A stretch of 64,000 bases of DNA. Origin: Octopus sinensis. Lineage: Eukaryota. Where the stretch lies: contig NC_043025.1 of assembly GCF_006345805.1 (NCBI RefSeq), positions 1,984,001 through 2,048,000 on the forward strand. Direction: 5' to 3'. How positions within the stretch are numbered: position 1 is the first letter of the stretch; every line of letters begins with the position of its first letter. The translations under genes and the position numbers were made by a program. A model generated the notes under the pieces. The model was given only the letters and a program-made list of their open reading frames with translations, was not told where the DNA came from and did not search any database. This document shows, piece after piece, positions 51,241 to 64,000 of the stretch.

Positions 51241-51633
51241 ACTGAAGTCATATATTGATCCGGCGTTATAGAGGTAAATAAATTTTTAAACTTTTCTTTT
51301 AAGATTTTACATTTATATATACACTCACATATATATATGATTTATTTTCCCCTCTCTATATATATCTTCCTATAAATATGAGACTTAATAGAATAACGTT
51401 ATTCCTGACGATCATTTTTCGGTGAGGATTTGGTTCCAAGCAACCATAACACACCCCTTTAACATAGCGAATCGGCAAATGTGACCAATAAAATAAGACA
51501 TACAAACATATGTGTGTGTATATTTATTCTCCATTCTCAGCTTGGCAGAATGGCATTTTTACGACCCCCTTAACATAGCGGTTCAGCAAATGTGACCAAT
51601 AAAATAACACATACAAACATATAGACACACACT

Positions 51634-51677
<44 letters not shown>

Positions 51678-51678
51678 T

Positions 51679-51832
51679 ACGACGGTCTTCTTCCAGTTTC
51701 TGTCTTCCAAATCCACTCACAGGGTTTTGGTAGACCCGAGGCCATAGTAGAAGACACTTGCCTAAAGTCCCACGCTGTGGGACTGAGCCCGGAACCATGT
51801 GGTTGGTAAACAAGCTACTTACCACACAGACA
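51679..51832 (-). mobile_element. SINE family A (paralog of 36440-36595)
   Basis: Sequence match within block A'. Confidence 0.8.
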
Positions 51833-52053
51833 CTCCTCAAAATGTGACCTCATGTGTACCGTTGGCGATTTTTCCCCCTCTGTCTTCCCTTCTCTGGAGC
51901 TTTCCTTCTCCTATGTTTCCGACGAAGAGCTCCGCTCGAAACGTTAAGCCCTCCTTTTTTCCTTCTTTCCTGAGCGTCCAATAATACTATATTTGTTCCA
52001 CGTCCTCGCGTTGTGTTTTTTTGTGCTTTCTTGTTTGGATTTACTATATATAA

Positions 52054-52102
<49 letters not shown>

Positions 52103-53249
52103 AACAAACGTACATAATTGCACACATTCACATACACAAGCACACACAGGTACACTTACACACACACACATACACGCAAATATATTTGTGTGTGTTTGTG
52201 TATGTATATATCTTGCTGCATCTTTATATAACCATACATGATTACATATGACCCCGCGTTGCAATTCTTTGTCCTGAAATCCTAGATTGCCGCCTGTAAA
52301 TTCTCTCTGGCTTAGGTAGAATACCAGTGGGTTGTGTTATTGTGGGGGAAGTGGTCAGTCGACTAATTGGACTTCAGCACCTCTGAGAAAGGAAAGGCAA
52401 AGTGGACTTCGGTGGGAAAGGAACTCAGAACGCGAATAGCCGACAGAAACGCTGCAAAGCAATTTGTAAATTTGTGTACAGACATTGTGTACAGGCATTG
52501 CCGACTATTTTGCTTGAATCTTCTTGTTTAATATTATCTTTTTAATTTAAATTCTATACTTTTTAACCGTACAATTTATTTTTTCATTCGAAAGTCCTGC
52601 GGGGACGGGAAGGTGACGAAGCATTCAGATCTGAGGAGTTAGAAGCATATATTTAGTGGTCTACACACAAGTGTCCTATGGGTTTTTGGTTTCATGTGTG
52701 CTTAAGAAGTTTAATTCAGGGAAAACCCTGCTCACCTAGAGACCGGAGACAATGCTATATAACTAAATGGATGGGAAGATGACCACTGGATGTCCTCTGA
52801 CCATAGCTTTACTCAATCAGGAAACATTGGCTTGTGGCGCAGATATGTTTATAATGTTTTCCATCAAACACCTGGAAATAGCTGCGAAATCTCTTTCCAA
52901 TCACACACTCTTATTTTACACAATGGAGGACATGGTTGCTAATGTTGGAATAAAAACAAATTAGTAGGCTATAATTGGAATGCCTTTGTGTAAAATTACG
53001 ATTAGTCAGGGCAAACAACAACGTCGAGCACAACACCCTAAGTAAAACACACACAAAAAACCCCAAAAAGATATGAACCCAAAATTGACCTCGTTCTCAG
53101 ACTTTGTATCACCTCACCAAACTCGGCAATTTTCTGCGTCAGACTTTCTATCATTACATGATACAACGCCATATCGTTAGCTGACAAGAGACATCTCTTA
53201 GGAGTAACGCTCAGATCTTTCTCGGGATCCATGTAAATTCAGTGGGTGT

Positions 53250-53720
53250 TGCTTCAGGAAAACGCCCAGTAGATAAGAAGGATTTCTGGGTTGCTGTCTC
53301 ACCTACATATGTCATGTTCCATGTTTAATAATATAATTGGTGTCCAAGGCGAATGACCACGCTGTTAATGGTGCTGCATTCGCGATAGCGAGATCGCGTT
53401 TTCAATACCCGTGAAGGGAATTGTATTGCGTTCTTAAGCAAAACACCTCATCTCATATTGCTTTGCGTCGTGTAGGAATGGTGAATTCCTGGAAAATGTA
53501 TTTATTTTTCGGATATTAAAGTACAGCGAATCACATACATCGACAGAAAATACTGACACTGCCGTTAAAAAAACACATAACGGGTTATAACAAATGTGTA
53601 CTTCGGTCAGAATTCTAATCCGATACAAGCCGCAGAATGAGACAATAAACTTTCATGAGGTAATAGAATATTCAGATAAGTGGATAAACCTTTTCTAATT
53701 TCTGTAAAAAATTAATACTG
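53250..53720 (+). pseudogene. More diverged paralog of the 3' part of the cadherin-like segment, copy 5
   Basis: agtagataagaa.., SINE-like head, gtgtaggaatggtga..ggaaaatgtatttatttttcggatattaaag..aatcacatacatc..tgagacaa..gagg.aatagaatattcagataagtggataaa align with the other copies. Confidence 0.45.
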
Positions 53721-54139
53721 AAGTCATATTTGAAACCGGCATTGTAAATGTAAATCAATTTTTGCTACTTTCCTGCAAATATTTAAAATTAATATTTATA
53801 TACACACATATCTACACTGGCGAAATTAAATTTAAGACCGATGATAATAATCCTATTTCTAACAAAATATTTTGTTACTAATACCATACAAATTAGTTCT
53901 ATATTTTACACCTTATGGAGAATTTATTTCTCTTTGGAATGATGCAGACAATAACTATTTTTATACAACTTGAAGAATGCATGAAAGTACTTGTTCACTC
54001 AGAGTGGATATTTGATATTCTATCGATTCATTATGTTATCTTATCTTATCATATATTATTATAAGATTGTAAATAAATCATGAAAATCAAATTTGGAATT
54101 TCTTTCAGTAATATATTCTCCTATATACAATCATACACA

Positions 54140-54150
54140 CCTGTGTATAA

Positions 54151-54181
<31 letters not shown>

Positions 54182-54315
54182 AGAGGATATTATTACTTAC
54201 AATAATATCAAGTGGCAAGCATGAGTAAAAACAATCCCATAAGGTAAAGCATCATTAATTAATAATTAAAGGTCCTACAAGCAGCACCAGCACGCTAAAA
54301 ATAGCAGCACGAAGG

Positions 54316-54351
<36 letters not shown>

Positions 54352-54807
54352 GACAGAAGGAGGGAAAAAGAGAGAGAAAAAGAAGTGTGGAACAGGGAGA
54401 GAGAGAGAAAGAAAAAAGAAAGAAAGAGAAAGAGAGAGAGACAATTCGAATAATAATTAGACAGATAAACAAATAGAAACTTCTATAAATAGATTGACAG
54501 ACACACACACACATATACACACACACACATACACACATAAAAATATAATTTGTAAAAAACGCAATAGAAGACAATAAAAGATTGGGACAGATAGACGATA
54601 GAAAGGCGGACAGGAGAAACAAAGATTAGAAGGACAGGCAAAAAAAGACGGGTCATTCTTGGCTTTCTTTCCTCAGTCAAGTCCCACAAGTCACGACCAT
54701 CTCGGGCAGTTACACTTGAGATGGTTCGATCTGGTTGCTCCCCACTAAAAGTCTCACTCTCTGTCTCTCTCTCTCTCTCTCTGTGTCTCTGTCTCTCTCT
54801 CTGTCTC

Positions 54808-54852
<45 letters not shown>

Positions 54853-54960
54853 CATATTTTATCCTTACGTTTCCACGTGTATTTTATATTTTCTTTCTGT
54901 AACATATTTCTACCATGCATATATATATACATACATATATATATATATATACACACACAT

Positions 54961-54995
<35 letters not shown>

Positions 54996-55020
54996 TACAC
55001 ACACACACAGACATATATAT
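54140..55020. repeat. (TA)n, (GA)n, (CA)n and (TC)n microsatellite cluster
   Basis: Seen directly. Confidence 0.9.
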
Positions 55021-55266
55021 GTGTGTTGTGTATGTGCGTGTATTCATTCAAACAATTACTAAAATATATAGCTGCACCAAGTGGGAAATTCCGTTTGTAC
55101 AATTGTTCCGAGTATAAATTATTTGGCAAACAATCCACTTGACAAACAGTAGAAAAGTAGACATTTAATATAAATTTTAATACATAATAAGCGGGATGAG
55201 AAGAAATAGTCGTAGCAGAGAGTCGCTGAGTTGATCATAGTATGTGACACGGAAGAATTTAAACTA

Positions 55267-55324
<58 letters not shown>

Positions 55325-55370
55325 TAATAATAATATTAATAATAATAACAATAATAATAATAATAATAAT

Positions 55371-55790
55371 CCTGTCTACTGGAAGCACAAGGACAAGTCC
55401 ATTACATCGATCCCAGTGTAAAACTGGTACTTAATTCATCGTTCCCGAAAGGATGAAAGGCAATATCGACCTCGGCGGAATTTGAACTCAGAACGTAGTG
55501 AGAGACGAAATACCTATTTCTTTCCGACCCTCCAGGGGCTAAACACAGAGATGACAAACAAGGACAACCAAACGGATTAAATCGATTATATCGACGCCAG
55601 TGCGTAACTGGAATTTATTTAATCGACCCCGAAAGGATGAAAGGCAATGCCGACCTCGGCGGAATCTGAACTCAGAACGTAACCGCAGACGAAATCCTGC
55701 TAAGCATTTCGCCAGACGTGCTAACGTTGCTGCCAGCTCGCCGCCTTCGGGCAGACGAAATACTTCTGAGCGTTTCACCCGGCGTACCAA
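55371..55790 (-). mobile_element. SINE family B with internal duplications
   Basis: Paralog of 41668-42020 that retains the gccagctcgccgcctt head. Confidence 0.75.
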
Positions 55791-55812
55791 CAACACCAAC
55801 AACAACAACAAT

Positions 55813-55843
<31 letters not shown>

Positions 55844-56334
55844 TCAAAAACAACAATAACAAAAATAACAACAGCAACAACAACAATAAGAATAAGAATA
55901 AGAATATTAATAATAATAATAAAGTGAGGATCAAATATATATTGCGCGTGTTCCATTGGCAACAGACGACCATCTCCAAATAGAAGAATTTCTGTTTTAA
56001 CACCCAATTTCAAAAATGCATGAACGTAATAATATTAAATATTAAGTAGAAATATTCCGCCGAGGTTGTCTTTGCCTTTTATCCTTTCGGGGTCGATGAA
56101 ATCAATATCAGTTAAGTACTGGGGTCGATTTAATCAACTTACTCCCTCCCCCGAAATTGCTGGTGTTGTGCCAAAATTTGAAATGAATGTGTAGGAGAAA
56201 TAAAACAAAACACAGCATCACTCACTAATGGACACCATGTTAATCGTTTAAACAAATTATAAAGTGAACGGCTTGGAGAGTGTTTCATCTTTATGCGTGT
56301 TTCCTTGGATTGAATCTGTGTAGGGGGGCATGTT

Positions 56335-57830
56335 TAGGCGGGGCTGTGTGGTAAGACGCTTGCTTCCAAATCTGGTTTCGGGTTCAGTTCCACTGCGTGG
56401 CACACTGCGTGGCACACTGCGCACATTTCTTCTACTGTAGCCATTGGACTCTCAAAATCTTCAGGAGTGGATTTGGTAGATGGAAACGGAAAGAAGCCCA
56501 TTGTGGCTATTCTTTTACTTGTTTCAGTCATTTGACTGTGGCCATGCTGGAGCTCCGCCTTTAGTCGAACAAATCGACTCTTGGACTTAATCTTTGTAAG
56601 CCTAGTACTTATTCCATCAGTTTCTTTTCCAGAACCGTCAAGTTACAGGGACGTAAGCACACCAACATTGGTTGTCAAATGATGGTGGAGGGACAAATAT
56701 AGACACACAAAGACACACAGACACACACATAGGACTGGCTTATTTGAGTTTCCATCTATGAAATCCACTCTCAAGGCTTTGGTCGGCCCCTGGCTATAGT
56801 AGAAGTCACTCAGCCAAGGTTTCTCGCAACGGGACTGAACCCGGAACCATGTGTTTCTTACACTACAGCCACTCCTATGCCTATATATGTCTGTCTGTAT
56901 GTATCAGTGTGTGTGTGTGTCCTTGTGTCCGTGTTTGTCCCAGCGCTTGACGACCTGTGTTGGTTTGTTTACGTTCCGGTAACTTAGCAGTTCACCAAAA
57001 TAATCCAATAAAATAAGTACAAGGCTTAAAAAATGAAGTACAGAGGTCAATTAGTTCGACTCAAAACATCTCAAACCAGTGGCATCTCTATATATACACA
57101 TAATCCTTTCTGAGCCATGTTCGTTAAAGAAATTGTTCGTTACATAAGTAATTGAAATACTTAAAAATAGAAGAAATCCGTTCATGCCACTCCCCAAAGC
57201 CACATAAAAGTATATAATATACCTTAGCGTTGATACAATAGAAAGTCATGTGAAAGGTCGAATGTAGTGTGACTGTCAAGTTTGGTTTACCACTAAAACA
57301 CCGGCTTGTACAGAAAAATGTGGTGCAGAAATTGGGTATCAACGGTTTTAAGGTGTGGTTGATCATTGAGCGGAGGGACATAAATTATAACAGATTAGGA
57401 GCAAGAAAAACATTTAGCCTTATTCAAGGACATTCATTTTATAATTTATAATATAAGTATTGGCGCAGGAGTGGTTGTGTAGTAATAGGCGTGCTTACCA
57501 ACCACATTGTTCGGGGTTCAGTCCCACTGCGTGGCACCTTGGTAAAATGCGTTCTACTATAGCCTCGGGCCGACCAAAGCCTTGTTAATGGATCTGGAAA
57601 ACGGAAACTGAAAGAAGTCCATCATGTGTGTGTGTGTGTGTGTGTGTGTGAGTTTTTGTGTCTGTGTTTGTCCACCACCATCGCTTTACAACCGATGTTG
57701 GTGAGTTTACGTCCATGTAATTTAGTGGTTCATCAAAGGAGACTGATAGGATAAGTAGAAGTCTTATAAAAACAAGTTCGGTGAAAAAGGCATTGCTTCA
57801 GCATGGCCGCAGTAAAATGGCTGAAACAAA
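56335..57830. mobile_element. Cluster of family A SINEs (paralog of 42465-43965)
   Basis: Same order and orientation as in block B. Confidence 0.75.
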
Positions 57831-58572
57831 TAAAAGTCTGTGCAGAGTGGTTACAAATATGCACAAAGTCTCTTAGAGCTGTTTCTAGAATAACTAAGCA
57901 TGTTATTGAGTAAAGAATTCCATCTGAGCAAATCATTCCGTTATTGGAGAAAGAAGAAGAAAATGCAGAAATGCATAATATCCTTAATCGAGGATATTAT
58001 TCGTTCCCAGTCTTTAGGGAAACCATGGAATTCTCAGATAAATGTGTTGGGTATTTTCGTGATCGGAGAATTCGTAAAGTTTCCAGGAAAGTCCCTGGCA
58101 AAGGATAATGGAAGTTAACAGTTGCATCTTTGAATAGAAAGTGAATCAGATTTGGAAGGCCTTGGAAGAGTCTATTATTAGGCGAATGAGAAATACATGA
58201 GAGTATATAGAGATTAGTCTATATAGTGAGGGGGTGTTTGACTTGAGGGTTAAGGGGATGCATGTATACACGCACACACATACAGACAGAGACATACACA
58301 TACACACACGCACTAACATATGCACACACAGACGCACACACACATACATGCAGTGGCATATTCCCATTGATATACACACAGTCAGATACACACAATTACG
58401 CGGCCATACATACACATGCATACGTATGAGTTTAGAAATGGACAGATAAATGTCTGTTTGCACACACAGACACACACACATACAAATTCTCGCATAGTCA
58501 TCGTATATAAGTATAGAGAGTTAAATTTAATTAATGTTGTAGAGGAGAGAGAGACGAGGGGATTGTTTAGTA

Positions 58573-60354
58573 ATTAAGGATGAGAAAAAGCAGATGTATA
58601 AACGCCAGTCGCCTCATTGTATATTTGACTACCAATGTGGGCCAGACAGATTAAATCGCCAAACTGGAAATACCCAGGACCGGATAGCGTACAAGGATAT
58701 TGGCTTAAAATTTCCCCATCACTACACAGAAGAATAGCGAAGCAAATATATAAAATGATCAACAACGGGGTACAAATCCCAAAGAGGCTGACCAAATGTC
58801 AAACATATCTTTGCCAAAATAATCCCAACAAATCAATGCAGTGGATAATCACCGGCCTATCACCTGTCTGCCCCACATGTGGAAGCTGATGACAGGAATA
58901 ATATCTAATTAGGTGTATGATTTCCTGGAAATAAATTACAAAGCACCAGTGGAACAGAAAGGGTACAGAAAGAAAAGCCAAGGGACACTTACAGACTAAT
59001 ATGGTTTCAGAAAGGAAAATGAAAAGGGAGACAGTGTTTGTAAGCAACCGCACAGGATCAGGCATTCTTAACTAACTACATAAAAGCCAAAATAGACAAA
59101 AACCAGGCAAATTCCCAATGTAGAGACTTTTAACATGAATTCACACAGAAAACATTTAGAATCAACTTGACAACCAGAATTTGCTACCAGAAAAAAATGA
59201 AATGTTTGCAGAAAGAAGGCTAGAGGAACGCACGATCTATTACACACAGAGAAAGCAGTTCTAAAGTCGAGAATGCAAACTTCAACAGTATAAAAATCAT
59301 ATGACATAATACAACACTCACGGATAAGTGAATGTTTGAGTATATTCAGTATTGCAGAAAACACAAGAGACTTAATTAGTTACAGCAATAGTGCGAAGAA
59401 TTGGAAAGTATATCTCTACTCAGGTGACACTGCCTTAGGAAAAGTTAATAACAGGCGAGGAATTCTCCAGGGAGACTCGTTATCTCCATTAATATTTGTG
59501 TTATGCTTAACTGTCGTCAATTTAGTACTAAGAAAGGCAAAGTCAGGGTATCAGTTTAGAGATGTTAAAAGAAATATTAATCATTTGCTCAAGATGGACG
59601 ATTAGAAGCTTTTTGGTTCCTTAATACGAATTGTAAGGCGCTTAAGAAAAGATATAGGCATGGAATTTGGCATAGATATGTGCGCAACATAAGTCATAAA
59701 AAGGGGACAGGTAGTCAGCAGTGAAGGCCAGATAGCAAGAGAGTAAAATCACTGAAGGCAGAGAATCATAAGTGCTTCGGAGTATTAGAATCTGAGAGTG
59801 TATTAACAATGGAAATGAAAACAAAAATAGATAAGGAGTACATCGGAAGGTTGAAGAAGCTAATGAAGGTAAAGCGAAGTGTTCTAAATCTAGAAGAGGT
59901 TGTATAAACTTTGGGAAGTTACCTCGGTATTCAGCAGAATTTGTTGATTGGAAAAGATCTGAATTAGCAAATCTAGACAGAAGAACTAGGAAGGAATTCA
60001 ATATGAATGGAGGACTTCAGCCTCGATTAGGAAGAGCAAGATTGCACTTACTTAGAATAACGAAGGTGGAAGAGGTTTAATATCAGCAGAAAGTAGCGTA
60101 GAGTTAGCTAGAGTTGATATATATAATAGTGAATAAAATTTATGAGTTGCAAGATTTACAGTAAGAGATAGGAAAAGAAAAATCCAAATGAAATTAAAAC
60201 CATAAAAAAGGAGGGAGATTATCTAACTGACAAGAGAATGTTTTTCCATGGTAGTTTGGCAAAGATAGTTACAGAAATAGTAACAGTGAAACATATGGTT
60301 GCTGAAAGGAAGCTGAAATGGGAGACAGAGTTTCTAAGCAAAAATTAATTGTAC
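58573..60354 (+). pseudogene. Decayed R4/Dong-like RT remnant, copy 2
   Basis: Nearly identical to 44660-46440. Confidence 0.75.
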
Positions 60355-61260
60355 GGTCGGACTTATATTTCGGAAAGATCTATGAAAATTAACTTCCACA
60401 TCATGTGATGCATTACAATAATGATTGCAGGTGTAGGTTTCAGGACTAATGAATGTCCATTACTTGAACATTTGCGCTATCAGCCCTATCGTAAGCATTT
60501 GAGACAATGATATTCCATTGTCTCACACCCTACCGTCTTAACCACGGAAAGAACACAACACACATTGAGATGTAAGTGAATCGACGGGATGATCATGACC
60601 GAAACGCCTCTGATCATAGTCTTGTCATCAGTGAACAACAAGAATACTTTACAACCAACTGAAATATATTCTGGGAAAGGAGGGAAATTCGTCGGGTTTG
60701 CATTTTAGTAACTAGAGAGATGAGGTCGTGTCTTTGAGCAGATATCGCCATCCCAATAATCGATTAAAACAATGGCGTTTGTTTTAGAAAAGCGTCAAGT
60801 AGATAAGAATATTCTCTGGGTGTTGTCACGACACATGAAAAATAAAGTTTTGGTAATATAATAGAAGTCGAGGACACATGAAATCGTGATTATGGATGCT
60901 ACACTCCATAACAAGGGTGTGATTTCAAATACAGGACCGAGAGGTGTATTGTGCGCAAGACACTTCATATCATGTTGCACAGCAACCATTTCAACACTTG
61001 ACTTGTAGGAATGGTGATAGCTGGAAAATGGATTTATTTTCCGGATATTAAAGAATTTCAGCCAATCACATACATCAAGGGAAAATACTGCAACTCTCGT
61101 TTTAAAAAAAAATTGGAGAATTATTACAACAGGGTATTTCATTCAGTATTCTTATCGGATAGCAGCTGGAACGTGAGACAAAAAACTTATATGAGGCAAT
61201 AGAATATTCAGATAAGTGGATAAAAGATTTAATTTCTGTCAAAAATTGAAACTGAAGTCA
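60355..61260 (+). pseudogene. Decayed cadherin-like segment, copy 4
   Basis: QLERETKNLYEAIEYSDK at 61163-61216; homologous to copies 1-3. Confidence 0.55.
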
Positions 61261-61543
61261 TATTTGTAGTCGGCGTTATAAAGGTAAATAAATTTTTGTT
61301 ACTTTTATTTTAAGATTTATCATTTATATACACACACACATATATATGATTTATGTTTCCCTTTCTCTCTATCTTTCTATAAACATGCAACTTAATAGAA
61401 TAACGTTGTTCCTGACGATCATTTGTCGGTGAGCATTTGGTTCCAAGCAACCATAACGTTGTTACATACACGTCAGAATTATTATTTTAATATTTGTTTG
61501 TCCTGTTCATCCTATATATAGACTTATACGTAAATACATATGC

Positions 61544-61718
61544 ATTGGCGTGGCTGTGTGGTAAGAAACATGGTTCGAAAGCAAATAGTTCCAGGTTCAG
61601 TTTCACTGCATGTCAATTTGGGAAAGTGTCTTCAACTTTAGCCTCGGGCCGACCAAAGCCTTACGAGTGGATTTGGTAGACTGAAACCGAAAGAAGTTGT
61701 ATATATACATATATATAA

Positions 61719-61753
<35 letters not shown>

Positions 61754-62030
61754 ATGTATGTGTGTGTGTGTGTGTGTGTATGAGTTTGTTTGTATGTGTG
61801 TTTGTGTCTTTGCGACTGTGTTTGTTACCCATTCATATCTTGACAGTAGTTTTTTTACGCCCCCTCCTTAACATTACGGTTCGGCAAATGCGGCCAATAA
61901 AATAAGTAATTCGCTTACAAAGAATAAGCCCTGATGTCAGTTTATTGGGCTTCAAGGCTTTTGATATGGTGCTCCAGCATGGGCGCAGGCAAATTTCTCC
62001 AACAAGTAAAAGAATTAAAGAAAAAAAATA
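61544..62030 (+). mobile_element. SINE family A with 3' body
   Basis: ggcgtggctgtgtggtaag..tagcctcgggccgaccaaagccttacgagtggatttggtagactgaaacc..ggtgctccagcatgg. Confidence 0.75.
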
Positions 62031-62098
62031 CACATTTATATATGTGTGTGTGTATATATCTAAATGCGTATGAATATATATATATGTATTTATATACC

Positions 62099-62132
<34 letters not shown>

Positions 62133-62216
62133 AAAGTTTTGCCTCGTACACATGTGCATATATTCACACACATGTAGACACACGCTCACATATACATTCA
62201 TATGTACATATGTATA

Positions 62217-62326
<110 letters not shown>

Positions 62327-62874
62327 CAAAGGTACATACATACACACACATATATATTTGTGAGTGTTTGTGTATGTATATATATCCTCATGCATCTTTA
62401 TATAACCATAATTATTACATATGACCCCGCGTAGCTATTCTTCGTCCTAAAATCCTAGATTGACGACTATAAAGTGGTTTCTGGGTTAGGTAGAATGCCA
62501 GTGGTTGTGTTTTGTGGGGGAGGTGGACAGTCGACTAATTGAACTTCAGCATCTTTGAGAAATGAAAGGCAAAGGGGAGTTCGACAGGAAAGGAACTCAG
62601 AATGCGAATAGATAAATCAATTTTTGTTACTTTTCTTTTATTTTAAGATTTATTTATATACACATACACAAATATATGATTTATGTTTCCCTTTCTCTCT
62701 ATCCTTCTATAACTATGCAACGTAATAGAATAACGTTGTTCCTGACGATCATTTGTCGGTGAGCATTTGGTTCCAAGCAACCATAACGTTGTTACACGCA
62801 CGTAATAACTATTAGTTAAACATTGGTTTGTCTTGTTCATCCTAATTATAGACTTATACATAAACACACATGCA

Positions 62875-63360
62875 TAGGCGTGGCTATGTGGTAAGAAACT
62901 TGCTCCGCAAGCAGATAGATCCAGGTTCAGTTTCACTGTATGGCAACCTGGGAAAGTGTCTTCTACTATAGCCTCGGGCCGAGCAAAGACTTGTGAGTTA
63001 GTATTGTAGACGGACCCGAAGGAAGTCCGTTTTATATATATATACATATGTGTGTGTGAGTGTGTGTCGTGTGTGTGTGTGAGGGTGTGTGTGTGTGTGA
63101 GTGTGTGTGTGTTTGCCTCTGTGTATGTGTGTCTGTGTGACTATATTTGCCTCCCGTTCACAACTTGAGATCAGGTCTTTTCCGTCCGCCTTAACATAGC
63201 TGTTCGGCAAAAGCGATCAATAAAATATGTACCAGGCTTACGGAAAGTAAGCCCAGGTGTAAATTTCTTCGGCTCTTCGGCATAAAGGCATTTGAGGTGA
63301 CACTCCAGCAAGGTTGCAGTCCAATGACTTAAACAAGTAAAAGAATTAAAGATAAGAATA
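62875..63360 (+). mobile_element. SINE family A with 3' body
   Basis: ggcgtggctatgtggtaag..ccaggttcagtttcactg..ctatagcctcgggccgagcaaag..aaacaagtaaaagaat. Confidence 0.72.
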
Positions 63361-63417
63361 CACATTTTATATGTGTGTGTAGATCTCTGAATGCGTATGA
63401 ATATTTATATATATATA

Positions 63418-63794
63418 TGGAAGCACTCCGTCGGTTACGACGATGAGGGTTCCGGTTGATCCGATCAACGGAACAGCCTGCTCGTGAAAATAACGTGTAA
63501 GTGGCTGAGCACTCCAAGGACACGTGTACCCTTAACGTAGTTCTCGGGGATATTCAGCGTGACACAGAGAGTGACAATGGCGGCCCTTTGAAATACACGT
63601 ACAACAGAAACTCTAAGTAAGAGTGAGAGAAAGTTGTGGTGAAAGAGTACAGCAGGGATCACCATCATCCCTGCCGGAACCTTGTGGAGCTTTTAGGTGT
63701 TTTCGCTCAATAAACACTCAGAACGCCCGGTCTGGGAATCGAAACCGCGATCCTACGACCGCGAGTCCGCTGCCCTAACCACTGGGCCATTGCG
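63418..63794 (-). mobile_element. tRNA-derived SINE of a third family, apparently full length (~375 nt)
   Basis: The minus-strand head cgcaatggcccagtggttagggcagcggactcgcggtcgtaggatcgcggtttcgattcccagaccgggcg has clear A and B boxes but no proper acceptor stem; a non-tRNA body follows. Confidence 0.75.
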
Positions 63795-64000
63795 TTCCCA
63801 CATTTTTATATATACATGGGGGGAAATCAATATTCGTACACGTCAAGATTCTTTATTTATTTAATTTCTAATGAACATAAATGGGATATACCAATACTAT
63901 ATTTGCATACACATGCATCAACTAAGAATATGCAAAAGAAACTAATAAATTAAGGAATTTATATACAATCATAAGTATTTAGGGGTGAAAAAAGTATTCG

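Larger units (their letters stand above)
50010..52300 (+). repeat. Segmental duplication block A' (paralog ~34750-36840)
   Basis: Collinear from cacacaatctaaa..ataataataaattggtatgcggatgctcacgtg to aaatcctagattgccgcctg. Confidence 0.9.

Noticed and set aside
63720-63794. tRNA-like sequence on the minus strand
   Set aside because: It has A and B boxes but no acceptor stem and continues into a SINE body; called as a SINE head, not a tRNA gene.

Overview
Eukaryotic, repeat-saturated DNA with no intact protein-coding gene. It is most likely from an octopus or other coleoid cephalopod; this is inferred from the SINE families I recognise and the microsatellite density. Contents: three well-preserved R4/Dong-clade RLE-type LINE insertions abutting (TAA)n, two decayed paralogous R4-like remnants, a CR1-like LINE, a Neptune-type Penelope-like element (PLE) with an inverted pseudo-LTR, a second PLE GIY-YIG fragment followed by a 12.6-kb array of 94-bp satellite, a hAT fossil, many tRNA-derived SINEs, and nested segmental duplications carrying decayed cadherin-like coding sequence. 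The main finding is nine type I hammerhead ribozyme motifs in three unrelated families. (1) A ~470-490-nt, highly structured, non-coding tandem element (retrozyme-like) occurs as two diverged subfamilies (23.5-24.4 kb and 48.8-50.0 kb). Its hammerhead carries a 19-bp hairpin grafted on stem II, and every difference between the subfamilies in that hairpin preserves pairing. (2) A minimal hammerhead sits at each outer end of the PLE. (3) A pair of minimal U3-A8 hammerheads with palindromic stem III lies at 22.4-22.5 kb. One retrozyme copy is nested in the PLE and shows the same divergent, (TA)n-abutting insertion geometry as its host, which suggests mobilisation by PLE machinery. All folds and alignments were done by eye; no activity has been tested.
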